64,000 nt of DNA, taken from assembly GCF_018350175.1 (NCBI RefSeq), contig NC_058386.1, positions 126,480,001-126,544,000 on the forward strand, written 5' to 3'. Positions within the stretch are counted from its first letter, which is position 1, and each line of letters starts with the position of its first letter. The notes beneath the pieces were generated by a model. It was given only the letters and a program-made list of their open reading frames with translations, had not been told where the DNA came from and did not search any database. This document shows positions 22,966 to 35,027 of this stretch, piece by piece. The DNA is from Felis catus (Eukaryota). A program made the translations under genes and the position numbers.

Positions 22966-23744
22966 AACTGAGTTTCTTCTTGTGGCAGAAAACAGATCCA
23001 GCCACGACAGGGATGCGGGGAAACCACCATTCTGCTGGTGCCAGAATTCTGGCACATTTTCTGGAGAGCCACTCTGTATGCTAGATCTGCCTCTTGGAAT
23101 CCATCTTAAGAAAACAGCCATTCACGCAGAGACTTATACACAAGAATCCCACCGAAACATTATGTGTAATAGGAAAAAAGTTGCAAAGAACTGAAGTGCT
23201 GAACAAATGCATCATAATACATCTTGTACGTATCCATGCAATAAGATATTTTTGAAGAAGTTTTAGACAGAGGGAAAGCCCAAAAATGTTTCAGGAATTA
23301 AAACCTGATGCTAAACTTGAAAAAGCTTACTCCTTGCTATGATTGTTATACATTTAACGTATTCCTACAACCCTAAAGCTACGAGAGTATTCTGAAATCC
23401 TGACAGTAGTCAATGTTGAATGACAGGACCCAAGCAATCTTAATTTCCTTTCACTTCGTCAATTGTATCCGATCGCCTTGTACTAGAGTACTAGAACCAG
23501 AACCTCCCCTCCAACCTGAGGACACACGGAAGAAAATCTGGGTGCTGAAAAGAAACTCAGATACGGAACATTAACTCAGTTTTATTATCTGTATTCTTTA
23601 AGCAGCAACCAAAACAAGTGGGCACAGAGCACCCAAGGGCCAGTACAGGCAAATAACCAAGCCCCAGAAATAAAGTGGCAACTACTGCAAAGGTCATGCC
23701 CCTGGGGAAGGGCACATGGCCTTCCACTGGATACTGTCATGGAC

Positions 23745-24844
23745 TCAGCCCCCTTTTCCAGGCCGAGGCCTAGAAAAAATCGCGGGCACCAAGTGCTGCA
23801 TGGTCTGCACCACCATGAAAAGCTGGTTGAGCAAGGAGGCGGTGGAAATCTGCAGGAGGACAGGGTCTTCAGCAGTTAGTCGGCTAAAAGTAAGGGGAAA
23901 AGGAAATCACTTTAGATTTGAGAACTCCTGGCCCTCCTCACTCCAATCTCCCCCCTCAAGGTTACTCCTCCGTGTCTCCCTTAGAGCAACCCCTGAGGCT
24001 GCCACAGACCCGGGGCCCCATGTGCCTCCTTAGACCAAGCCCTTGGTGTCTGCACATCTCCAACCGAAGTGTCCGTCGGGCAGAGGTTACCTCAGCTCCC
24101 ACTGCCTCCCGCCAGCCCCTTCTAGAACTTACATAAACAAGTCACTGCCAATCACTGTGAGCTCCGTGTGAACCGCTTCGTGGTAGCATTCGGCACTCGA
24201 GGTCAGGTACTGGTAGGTCAGCTCCGCATCCACGTAACACAGGAAAGGCACCGTGAGGGCACTGGTGGACATTCGGTTAAGGCACATCTGGGTGGACCTC
24301 ATGGAGGAGGCTTCCTTGCCCATCGGAGGCCCGCCTTCCCCCAGACCGCCCTTAGGGCCACCCAAGACCACCTCGGCCGCCCCTTCAGGAAACGTGCATC
24401 ACGGCACCCCCAGCTGCTTCCTCCAGCCTCCCTCAGCCCCCCCCCACCACTTCCCTTCTGTGCCCCCGCAAGTCCCCGAAACCTCTCCCGCCCATCCAAC
24501 GGGGCCCCCACCTGCCTCCCCTCCCAGCCATTCCCCACTGCCCCCCCGACCTCGGGAGCTCCTTGGAAAGGATACAATTCCAACACTTGCTTTTCTGAGG
24601 CTTCCCCGGAGGCCGAGGCCGAGGCCGAAGCCTCTCCCCCCTGCCTTGGGGAGGGCGATGCCCCCTCGACCTGGGGAGCTTCCCCAGCCACGGTGCCCGA
24701 CGTCGCGGTGCCGTCCCGGCCTCCGGGATTTCCGGGGCCACTGGACGAGCCAGCACTACCCGTCGCACCACCGGCGCCGTCGTCCAGGATCTGCGCGCCG
24801 TCCGCGCCGTCCGCGCCGTCCGCACCGTCGCCCGGGGCCTGCAT
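23745..24844 (-). CDS. CTAG1/CTAG2-family gene C, intact, 178 aa
   Basis: ATG at 24844 (MQAPGDGADGADG...). Exons 24576-24844, 24133-24261, 23745-23883. Exons 2-3 read FALTVPFLCYVDAELTYQYL...TELTVIGSDLFIRLTAEDPVLLQISTASLLNQLFMVVQTMQ. AATAAA lies at 23581-23586 (minus) and an NRF1-like site at 24967-24978. Confidence 0.9.
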
Positions 24845-25811
24845 GGCCCCCACACCCGCCCGCTCAGAGGCCGCCGCCAAAACGCGCGCCCCACCGACCG
24901 CTGAGGCGCTGGGACTGCTTCACGAAGCTCCGCCCCTCCGTGCGCAAGGCTGCTGGGGATGCCCAGGGCGCCTGCGCAGACAGACCTCTGGTGAGGTTTC
25001 TGGCATGTGATTGGTTCCCGCCAAGCTGGCCCGGCTGCCCACGGGCCGCCAGGGAGACCCCGTCGGCAGCGCTGGAGAGCCAGGGCTCCCTGACGAAGCC
25101 CCGCCCCCAGTACGCGACGCAACTCAGTCTCCCTCGCGCGCCTGTGCAAACAGGCCCCTCTTATTCTGGACGGAGGGTTAGAGTAGGAGCGTGGGGTTGG
25201 CGGAAGGTGGAGTGACGCCAGACGAAGGGGGACAGACAAAGGGGCAAATGTGGCGCGGGTAATGCGGTCAAGACGTGGCTGCCTTAGCTTTGTGGGGACG
25301 CTGGCCACCATGGTTAGGACTTGGAGAAGTGTGCACTGAGGGAAAGAATCTGCCGGTATCCCTGTGGTCCCTCGGTGCGTCTCAATTGCCCCATCGATAC
25401 ATGGCGGGTGGAGGGTGGCAAGCTGAGGGAAGTTGGATCGTTTTACAAAGTGTCTGCCACTCTCAAACTTTCCCGTTTCTAAGAATAACGGCATTCCTCG
25501 CTTGCAAGAGCTATTGATATGTTCTGGATAGAAGTCCCTTATCAAACACATGATTTTAAAATACATTCGCCCATTTTATGGGTTGTCTTCTCACTTTCTT
25601 GATTGGTACTGTTTGCAGAACAAAACTTTTAAATTTTGACATAGTCGGTTATCGATGGTTTCTTTGTCACTTACGTTTTTGGCCCCCATTCTATAGGGAG
25701 AAAGGCAGATACTCTGTGCAATACACAGTCCCACTGGGCAGTCACCTGTGTCAAAGAGTGGTGACTATGTGCATGCTGAGGTCACGCTCCTAAAAGCGGC
25801 TCATTCACTGG

Positions 25812-26235
25812 GTTCGATGGCTAATTCTATGTATCAGCTTGCCTGGGCATAGGGTACCCTGACAGAACGTTATTTCTGGGTGTGTCTGCAAGGGTACTTC
25901 CGGATGGGATGAGCGTTTGAATCTGTGGACTCAGTAAAGTAGACCCCCAATGTTGAGCAGGCATCGTCCAATCCATTGAGAGCCCGAATGAAACAAAAAG
26001 TGGAGGAATGAAGGAGGAATTTGGTCTCTCCCCCAGGCCTTTCCTCTGCCTCACTGTTGAGCTGTGACATCACATCTCACCTTGTCCTGCCCCCTGGGAC
26101 TGGCATTTACACTGCTACCAGCTCCCTTGGTTCTCAGACCTTCAGACTCAGGCTGAATTACACCATCAGCTTTGCCGGGTCTCCCGCTCAGCTTGCAGGC
26201 AGCAGGTCATGGGACCACTCAGCTTCCATTCTCAT
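25812..26235 (+). mobile_element. ERVL LTR (MLT2-type)
   Basis: MLT2-like start gatggctaattctatgtatcagcttg, followed by gggtgtgtctg, caatccattgagagcc and cttggttctcagaccttcagactc. Followed by (TCTA)n. Confidence 0.8.
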
Positions 26236-26240
26236 CTATC

Positions 26241-26277
<37 letters not shown>

Positions 26278-26476
26278 ATCTATCTATCTATCATCTAATC
26301 TGAATGAANNNNNNNNNNNNNNNNNNNNNNNNNNNNNNNNNNNNNNNNNNNNNNNNNNNNNNNNNNNNNNNNNNNNNNNNNNNNNNNNNNNNNNNNNNNN
26401 NNNNNNNNNNNNNNNNNNNNNNNNNNNNNNNNNNNNNNNNNNNNNNNNNNNNNNNNNNNNNNNNNNNNNNNNNNNN

Positions 26477-27251
26477 CTGGTAGCAAAGAGAACACTGGTA
26501 GCCTATGACATAAGCTGATAGAGATATGCAAAATATATGCACTGGCTACTCCTAATCAACTACTTATAAGAAACAAGGAGCTGGGTGACTCTTCTATGAT
26601 ACTTTTGAACCTCTTTGGAAAACTAACAAATATAATGACATTGGTTGGTAGCTCCTAATGTGGTTTGGGAACGTGGTTAAATGGAAGGATGAGCTCAGAG
26701 ATTTGAATTCCCAGCTCAAACACCACATCACCGGCCTAGGGGCTTTTATGTGTGCCCTTTAAGAAATCCTAACGTTCTTTAGCCACAGAGCCAAAACTGC
26801 TGAAAATTCAAATGCAGAACCTAAGTGCAACTAACTGAACTATAATGCAAGTTGAACTCCCAGACTTGAAGTGTGCCCGCTGTGAAACTGAGGCCATGGA
26901 TTGGGAAACAATGGGATCCTCTAAGTTGAGATGGAGACTACATGTGGGAAGACACTGCTGAGGCTGGGGGCATTGAGCCCCTAAATTCTTTTTTTAAAAT
27001 GTTTATTTCGGGGCGCCTGGGTGGCGCAGTCGGTTAAGCGTCCGACGTCAGCCAGGTCACGATCTCGCGGTCCGTGAGTTCGAGCCCCGCGTCAGGCTCT
27101 GGGCTGATGGCTCAGAGCCTGGAGCCTGTTTCCGATTCTGTGTCTCCCTCTCTCTCTGCCCCTCCCCCGTTCATGCTCTGTCTTTCTCTGTCCCAAAAAT
27201 AAAATAAATGTTGAAAAAAATAAAAAATAAAAAAATAAAATGTTTGTTTGT

Positions 27252-27282
<31 letters not shown>

Positions 27283-28110
27283 TTTTTGGGAGAGAATGAC
27301 AGAGTGTGAGAGGGGGAGGGGCAGAGAGAGAGGGAGACAGAATCCAAAGCAGGCTCCAGGCCCTGAGCTGTCAGCACGGAGCCTGATGAGGGGCTCAAAC
27401 CCACGGACTGCGAGATCATGACCTGAGCTGAAGTCGGATGCTTAACCAACTGAGCCACCCAGGTGCCCCATTGAGCCCCTAAATTCTGATGAGTCTTCTT
27501 TACCAGTGGAAATGGCCTCCCCACCCCCAGAAGAAGTGGCCTATTTACCCCCAGTGGCAGCAGCCTCCTAGCTCACAGTGGTATGGGCCTCTGCACCCGC
27601 CTCTGAGGGGATTAACCACACATTGCCCAAGGAAACCATAATGGCCTCCCCGAGGCAGTTGCCATGCAAGATAATGCTGATTCTCTTCAGGACCTACCCC
27701 CACCACCCCTTTTTGCTTCTAGACCTATAAGTAGACTCAAGTCCCAGCAGGCCCCTACAGGCAAGTTACAAAGTGTGACACATGAGGAGGTATGTTCCAC
27801 TCCAAAAGAATGACTTGACTTTTCTAATTTATACAGACAGAAATCTGGGGAGCATGTGTGGGAATAGATACTGAGGGTGTGGGACGACGGTGGAAGGGAC
27901 ATAAAGTTGGATCGGGCCAAATTTATTGACGTGGGCTCGCTAAGCAGACATCCTTCATTTAATATTGCATCTCCAGGAATTAGAAAGGTCTCTAAAGGTT
28001 TGTTTGTTTGGCTGCAACATGGACCTAAAGGCGGCTCACCATGAACAGATTAGAAATGCTGGACCTACGTCATTTTGGTATAGAGGAAGGGATCAAAAGG
28101 CTCAAGGGAG
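26477..28110 (+). mobile_element. ERVL internal (gag) fragment, interrupted by nested SINEs and cut off at the palindrome arm
   Basis: Degenerate ERVL gag peptide KSGEHVWE.ILRVWDDGGRDIKLDRAKFIDVG around 27840-27950. Confidence 0.8.
27009..27240 (+). mobile_element. Young feline SINE (SINEC_Fc-type) inserted in the tail of an older minus-strand SINE (27245-27469)
   Basis: Starts ggggcgcctgggtggcgcagtcggttaagcgtccgac with CpGs intact and has an A tail. Inner TSD aaaatgttt; outer TSD attgagcccctaaattct. Confidence 0.93.
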
Positions 28111-28800
28111 GGCAAGGAGGTCTGGTGCGGGGTGGGTGTCAGGAGGGGATGGGGAAGTCGGGTGCAGGTTGGCGGTGGGGACACAAGGGGACAAAGTGAT
28201 CGGGTGCTTGGTAGGAACAGGGGTCAGGAGGGGAAGTGGAGGATGGGTGCAGATTCTGGGTCAGGAGTCAATGGGGAATTGGGGTGCAGGGTGGGGGTCA
28301 GGAGGGGATGGGAGGTTGGGTGTGGGGTGGTGTCAGGAGGGGCCGGGAAATTCGGGTTTCGGTTGGGTGGGAGTCAGGAGAAGACAAGGAGGTCTGGTGC
28401 GGGGTGGTTGTCAGGAAGGGATGGGGACATCGGGTGCGGTATGGGGTTGGGGTCAGGAGGGGACGAGGTGATCGGGTGTGGGGTGGCGGTTGGGGTCAGC
28501 AGGGAAAGATGAGGTTTGGTGTGGGGTGGGGGCCAGGTGGGGCGTGGAGGTTGAGTGGGCAGTGGGGGTCAAGAGGATGGCGGAGGTTGGATGTGGGGTA
28601 GGGTGGGGGTCAGGAAGACACAGGAATATCAGGTGTGGAGGTTGGGTCCAGATTCCGGATCAGGAGAGGATGGGGAATTGGGTGCGGGGTGGGGATCAGG
28701 AGGGGACCTGGAGGTTGGGTCCAGATTCCGGGTCAGTAGGGGACGGGGAGATCATGTGCGGGTTTGGGGTTCAGGAGGGGATGGGGAGATGGGGTGTGGG
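28110..28800. repeat. G-rich minisatellite, shorter mirror of 14870-16330
   Basis: GGGTG(G)GGGTCAGGAGGGG-type units. 28512-28632 is the reverse complement of ~15665-15785. Confidence 0.92.
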
Positions 28801-29082
28801 CCAGGAGGGGACGGGGCGTTTGGGGACAGCGGGTCCAAACCACTCCCGGGAAGGGCCGCACTGTGGCCGCCGAGCAGAGAAGGCGGTGGCTTCGGGGTGG
28901 CCAAGTCGCAGCGTGTGCAGAGGTGGGGGGCTGTAGCCCTTCCCACGTGCCGGGGACCCGCAGAGAGCGGGGTGCGTGGACGCAGGAGGGACAAAAGAGC
29001 TCAGGCAGGGGAGGACGGCTTGGCAAGGGAGGGAGCGGCCCCTCCTCGCCAGCCCGGCTCCGGGGGGGCCCTCCTCCCCCAG

Positions 29083-29178
29083 GTCCTCACCGCTCTGGAC
29101 CGAGACGCCTCCTGTCGGAAGCCTAAGTTGGGGCAAAACCTGGAACAGACCATCAGCCTCTTGTCCGGCAACAGCTAA
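29083..29178 (+). pseudogene. PLXNA3: PLXNA3 terminal coding exon, orphan duplicate (right arm); 3'UTR-derived sequence follows
   Basis: ctcctcccccag|GTC CTC ACC GCT CTG GAC CGA GAC...AGC TAA. An AU-rich TATTTATTTAATTTAT element lies at ~29468-29483 in the downstream UTR-like sequence. Confidence 0.85.
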
Positions 29179-32100
29179 GGGTGGCGGAACCGGTGAGGAG
29201 GGGGCGTCCCAGGCCTGAGATGACCTCGGGGCCGAGCCCTGGATCGGGTGGCACGGGGGCGGGGATGGGGTGGTCACCGGACTCTCGTGCCCTGCGCACA
29301 CCCGGGCCCCCTTCATTAGTGCCTTTCTTTGGGCCCTGCGTGGGGGCGATGGTGACGGGACCAAGGGTCCTGACCTGGCAGCAGCAATATCCCCGCCCTC
29401 CCACCCTCGTGCCCCCGGGTCGTGCCAGCCCCTGCCCCCTCTTCCTGTTTATACCCCCAACCACCTATTTATTTAATTTATCTGCACCTCACCGTGTCCG
29501 TCTGTCACCACGTGCCCCTTCTCTGGGATGTGGACAACCTCACGCCCCTTCTGTCCTTGGGTCGTCCTGGCTCCCTGGTGGCACGGTCAGCCTCGGCCTC
29601 GCCTCTGGCACCTGCCCCTGGCCGTGGCCGGCCCCGCCGGGTCCGAGCAGGGGCCCCCGACACCAGCAGCACTTGATGGCGAGGAGGGGGGCGCCCAGGG
29701 TGATGCGGCGAAGCCGTCCCCAGACTGTGGCTGCGCCCAGGGGTCTCCCCGCGGCTGGGTCCCGGCATCCCCTCCGGACTTCTCGGGGGTCGGACCGTAC
29801 CTTTCTCGGGCGCCCTGTCCCCAGCACCTGGGGAGCTATGAGCGGGTTCGTGCCAGGGCCCCACGTGGGCCTGGGGGCTCTGGAAGTCTCCTTCTCCAGG
29901 CCCGAGCGCCCAGCTTCCTCGGCGTGGTGCCCGCTCAGCCCGGACCCCTCACCCCCGCTGCCCTGTCCTGCGCCCGCCCCGAGTGGCCGAGGCGGCAGTG
30001 CCTTACCCCTCTGTTCCCTCTTCCCCCTCCGAGGAATCTGGCCCCGGCGCGTGGTCCCGGAAACCCAGCTGTCCCCTCTGTTTTGGCATGAGCTTCTTTG
30101 TCGTTGTTCCTGGAACCTTGTTTCTGAATTAAACGTCGGGAAAACGGTGGCAGTGTGTGGCAGGTGGGTGGTCGGCGAGCAGGGAGGCAGGTGGGGAGGC
30201 TGTTGGACTCTGGAGGAGCTGGGCTCCCTTTGTGGGAGGAAGGGTGACCCGTTGCACGGGTCCCGCGCATCTGAGGAGGTCCAGGGCCACGTCCGATCCG
30301 TGCCAGCAAACCCCGGTGGCTCTCCCGTCAAGATCCGGTCGGAACCCGTTCCCTTCTCCCCACCTCCACTGGCCGCAGCCTGGGGGTCTCTCGCCTGCGT
30401 GCCAGTCTCCCCACTTCTGTCCTGCCTGCCCTCGTCCCCTTCCCAGCGCAGCAGGCACCGGGAACCTGATAAGACGTAAGCTGCATCCCGTCCCGCTCCG
30501 TTCAAGACTCCCTAGGGTCATCGACAGCACCCAAGCTCCTTCGTGTCCCACGACGCTTTACTGCCGCACGTGCACCTCCATGCTGACGGGCCCACCTGCT
30601 TCTTACCCCCCGACACCTGTGAAAGTAATGCAGGTGGGGAGAGCGTGGGACGCAACCTTAAGGAGAGCGGCCAGGAATGCTATTTGAGTGGGCCAGATGG
30701 AACCCCGGGGGACGAGAGGTCCAGGCAGGGAAGAGGCAGTGCAAGGGTCCTGAGGCAGGCCTGGGCCTGGTGTGTTTCAGAGAAGGGAGGAGGCCAGTGT
30801 GGCTGGATCCGAGAGTGAGCAAGGTGGAGAGGGGAGGGAAGGAGGCCGTGGAAGATGCGGGCCGGATCACATCTGACGCGGCGGGCCGCGGGGCAGGGCT
30901 CTGGCTCGTCTCTGGGAGGGGAGCCCGGGGACGCGTTGGAATCGACTTGTTTTGTGACCTGACTGACGTGTTAAGGCCGCCCGGCGCCTTCAGCAGTCCG
31001 TCTGTGGGGCCAGGGCGGTGGCCTAACTCTGGGCTTTGCTGGGAGAGGGAGGGAGGCTCACACTAAGTTCCGGTCTCTTGACGATCTGGCCCCACAATTC
31101 CGGGCCAGTCTTGGGAGCCCTATCCGGAAAGGGTGGGTCCCAGTGCCCCTTCTCTTTGTCCCTTTCCTCCAGCTGCCCCTTGCAGTCCCTCCCCTCCCTC
31201 TCTGGACTCTTACCCACAGAAGACTCTACCACCATACGGCTTGAAGGCCTACCAGCTAGGAGCCAATGCCTTTGTAAACTTAAAGAGCCCAGTTTCTCCG
31301 TTAAAAGAAGGGAGAGCCACGTTCTCAGGTGAAGTGACAAGAAAACCTACGGTTCCTCGAGTCAATAAAGGACAAGACTTTTCTATTACAAGTGAAGACA
31401 GACAAAAAGAAAAGCAAAAAAAAGTATTCACGACGGGGGTGCCTGGGTGGCTCAGTCGGTTGAGGGTCTGACTTCGGCTCAGGTCACGATCTCACAGTTC
31501 GTGGGTTTGAGCCCTGCGTCGAGCTCTGTGCCGACAGCTCAGAGCCTGCAGTCTGCCTCAGATTCTGTGTCTCCCTCTCTGTCTCTCTGCCCCTTCCCCG
31601 CTCACGCTGTCTCTGTCTTGCTCTCAAACACTAAATAAAAGCATTCAAACAAAAGAGAAAGGGAAAGAAAGAAAGAAAGAAGAAAAAAAGGATTCATGTT
31701 GGCTTAACCAAAGGGAGAGTTTCTGGATGTGTGTAACTGAACGATCGTGGCGGGGGCGGGGGGCGGATAGTTCTGTCTTCAGGCGTGGCTGGATCCAGGA
31801 TTTGGTTCTCTGCCATGTGCCTTCTTGCTCTTGCTTCCCATCTGTCCAGTGTCAGCCTGTTCCCTCCCCCCGCCCCCGTAGCCCCGGCAAGGCCGGAAAG
31901 GAAGGAACCAAAACCGTGTTTGCTTGCAGAGATCACGACCATGCATGTAGAAACTCCGAGGGAACCCTCGTGAGGCTAGCACTCCTGTTTAGCGAGGTTC
32001 CAAGACACAAGCTACTCAGAGGGAGCTAACCACCCCCCACCCCGCCCCCAAACCCGTAGCCACTTGTGGCACCACCCCCTTGCTCATCGGAAACAAGGCC

Positions 32101-32971
32101 AGTAAGCCCCAAAATTCCTATTCTAGTGTTTCCGTGCTTATTTCCCTGGTACAAAAGGAGTCTTCTACTTCGGTAGGAAGCCACCCTACTGGTTGGTGAT
32201 GCGGGGAGACCAGACTTCTGGCGGCGGGGCGCCTTTTCTGGAGAGCACTTGTGTGCCGAGAAGCTATAGAACGCGGGAATTCTACCTCTTGGAAACGATC
32301 TGAAGGAAGTAACTGTTCGCGCAAAGACTTCTGTTCAAGAATCCCATTGACTCACACGACCCATAATAGGGGCAAAGCTGAGAACGACCCGACTGCTCAA
32401 CATTATGTAATAATACATTTGTGTGTCTCCTGGATAACAGTTTTTGAAGGGTTTTAGGGAGTGGGAAAGCTAGTACGTTCAACGGGGAAAAACAAAAACA
32501 AAACAAAACGAAACAAAAAGGATCCGGAGAAAAGTTAACGCTAAACTGGAAAATGGATACGTTATACGTTGCTATCCATTCAACGGGTAAATACAACTAG
32601 GAACGTATTCCAAAACGTCAGCAGTATTTACCGCTGAATATAGGACCTGATTTTCCTCTCCCTGAGTCGTCTTCGATAAGCTTGGGCTGCTGGACTACGA
32701 TTCCCAGAACCTCCCTTCCAACACCAGAACAAAGGTAAGAAAATGTGGAGGCGCAGGAACTGAGAAGAAACTCGGACACAAAAGAGTAGCTCAGTTTCAT
32801 GTTGTGCAGTGACAAACACGTAAGCGCCCGTCCCTCCGGGCGCAGGGAAGGAACTGAAGTGGGCCAAGAGCCACCGAGGCCCGGACCTGCAGAACGTTAG
32901 ACCCCCGATAGTAAAGTGGCGAGGACGCCAAGTGTCAACGCCCCGTGCCTTGCCCAGTGAGGGCTACCAGG

Positions 32972-34111
32972 TTAGGCCTCGGCCCCCTTTCCCGGACCTA
33001 GGCGCCGCGGAGGCCGGGACCCCAAGGCGCGAATGTTTCGTATCACCAGGGGAAGCCGGTCCAAGAAGGAGTTGACGGAAACTCGGAAGCAGATGGGGTC
33101 TTCAGTAGTCCATCTCCTAGAAGTGAGGGAAGAGGGAAATCCGGTTAAAGGGGAGACCTGCTGTGGAGGTGCAGGGCACCAGCCCCTTCCCCCACACAAC
33201 CCCCCACCCCCCCGCCTTCCACCTAACAGCGTGCGTCGGGGCCTCCACGACGGCACTGGAAGGCAGAGATGCGACCACGGCACCCGCCGCCACCGCCCAC
33301 CCGTCCCGCGCATACTCTTGTTGGAGGACTCACACGGCCAGGGCGCTGCCCCTCACGCAAAGCTCCTTCTGAGCCAACCCTCGGTGGCGTTGGACGTGTG
33401 TAGTCAGGGCCCTGCGGGCCATCTCTGCCTCCAGGGGCGACCGGAAAGACACAGTGAGCCTGCTGGGAGGCACCCGGTTAAGGCACAACGGGCTCCTGGA
33501 GTTCCCATGGCCTGAAGCCTCCTGACCACTCAGAGGCCCGCCTCTACCCCCGGGACACTCGCGCTCCCTCCCGCCACCTCTGCCCACCCTGAGCCGCTTC
33601 CCCCACCCTGGGGGCCCGCCAGGCTGCCCACCCCCGCCCCCGTCCATCCCGTCCCCGGGCTGCCGCCCTGCTCCCCAGCCACCCCGCCACGGCCCCTGCC
33701 CAGACAGGCTCCACGGAAAGGATACAACTCCAGCAGTCCTGAGGAGGTCACCGCCGCCGCCGCCGGCGCTGCGTCTCCACCGGGGGCCAGGGCCCTCGGG
33801 GCCCGTTCGGCCAGGGGAGGGGCGCAGGCCCCCTCGACCACTGCTCCCTTGCTGCCAGGGCCACCCTCGCCATCGTGGCGGCTGCAGTTGCCCTGGCAAC
33901 CGGGACCTCGGGGGCTAAGCTGGGGGTCGTGGCCGTCCGTGCCTCCGTCGGAGGCCTGTGGGCCTGCCCCCGCGTCCTCCGCGCCACCCTCGGGAGCCCG
34001 CGTGACCGCCGCGCCGTCCGCGCCGTCATCGTCAGGGGCCTGCGTGACCGCCACTTCCTCCGCGCCGTCGTCCGGGGCCGGAGAGGCCGCTTCGTCGTCC
34101 GGGGCCCTCGT
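32972..34111 (-). CDS. LAGE3: LAGE3-like gene B' (mirror of B); ACG at homologous start
   Basis: Exons 33726-34111, 33334-33462, 32972-33116 with the same spliced protein as B. It has a private ATG in intron 1 at 33647. Confidence 0.72.
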
Positions 34112-35027
34112 GGCCGCCGCACCGGCCTCCTCAGAGCCCACCGCTACGCTGCGCCCACTGTCGGCCGACCGCTGAGACCCCTGGCAGGCCTCGCGAAGCC
34201 CGGCCCCTCGGCGCGCAAGGCTGTCGGGGATGGCCAGGGCGCCTGCGCAGACAGACCCCGCGGAGCTGGTTCCCACCGAGCCGGCAGAGCCTGGATCCGG
34301 TCGACGCTGACCCCGAGGAGATGGAGGCTGGTTCCGGACGCTGCGCCCCCCGACGCGTGACGTCACTGTCGGGCTCCTACGTCCCCGAGAGCATTCTGGT
34401 GAGGCCACTGGCACGTGACTGTTTCCGGCCCGGCCCGCCCCTCCCCCCAAGCCTGTGTCTGCGCAGGCGCCAGCCGGGCGCACTTGCCAGCAGCCAGCTG
34501 ACCGCCGCCCGCCCGGTCCCGGGCATCGAGGCGTGGGCCGCGCTCAGGCGCTTCTGGGCAGCACCGTGCCTGTCCCTGTCTGTGGGCTCCCCGTACGGCT
34601 CGGGTCTGCGTGTCCCGGGGGCCCTGCGACCCGGGGGCCGGGGGGGGGGGGGCCTACGCGGGATGCCGAGCAGGGGCCACTCCCAGGCCCTGCCTGTCCT
34701 CAGGGAGCACACCCCGCACGGCCCCTAGGGGAGCTGGAAGGGATGGGCCTGGCTCCCTCACCATTTGTCGGTCCCGGGCGCCGTCAGTCCCCTAGTGCCT
34801 GCCAGCCTGGGGGAGGGTACACCGCCGAGGGCGCGACCGGCCTCCGGCCGGGGGCTCCCGGGCTCCTGCCTCCCACTGCAATGGCTGTGGGCTTGGGCCG
34901 GGGGCCCAGGGGGGCCCACCTGGACTTGAGGGCAGCGGCTCGGGGGAGCACCGCCCCGGCGACAGCTCCCCGGTCGCTTTGCCCTCTGCTGCGGCAGCCC
35001 TGACGGGCTGTCCCCCCCTCCCCCCAG

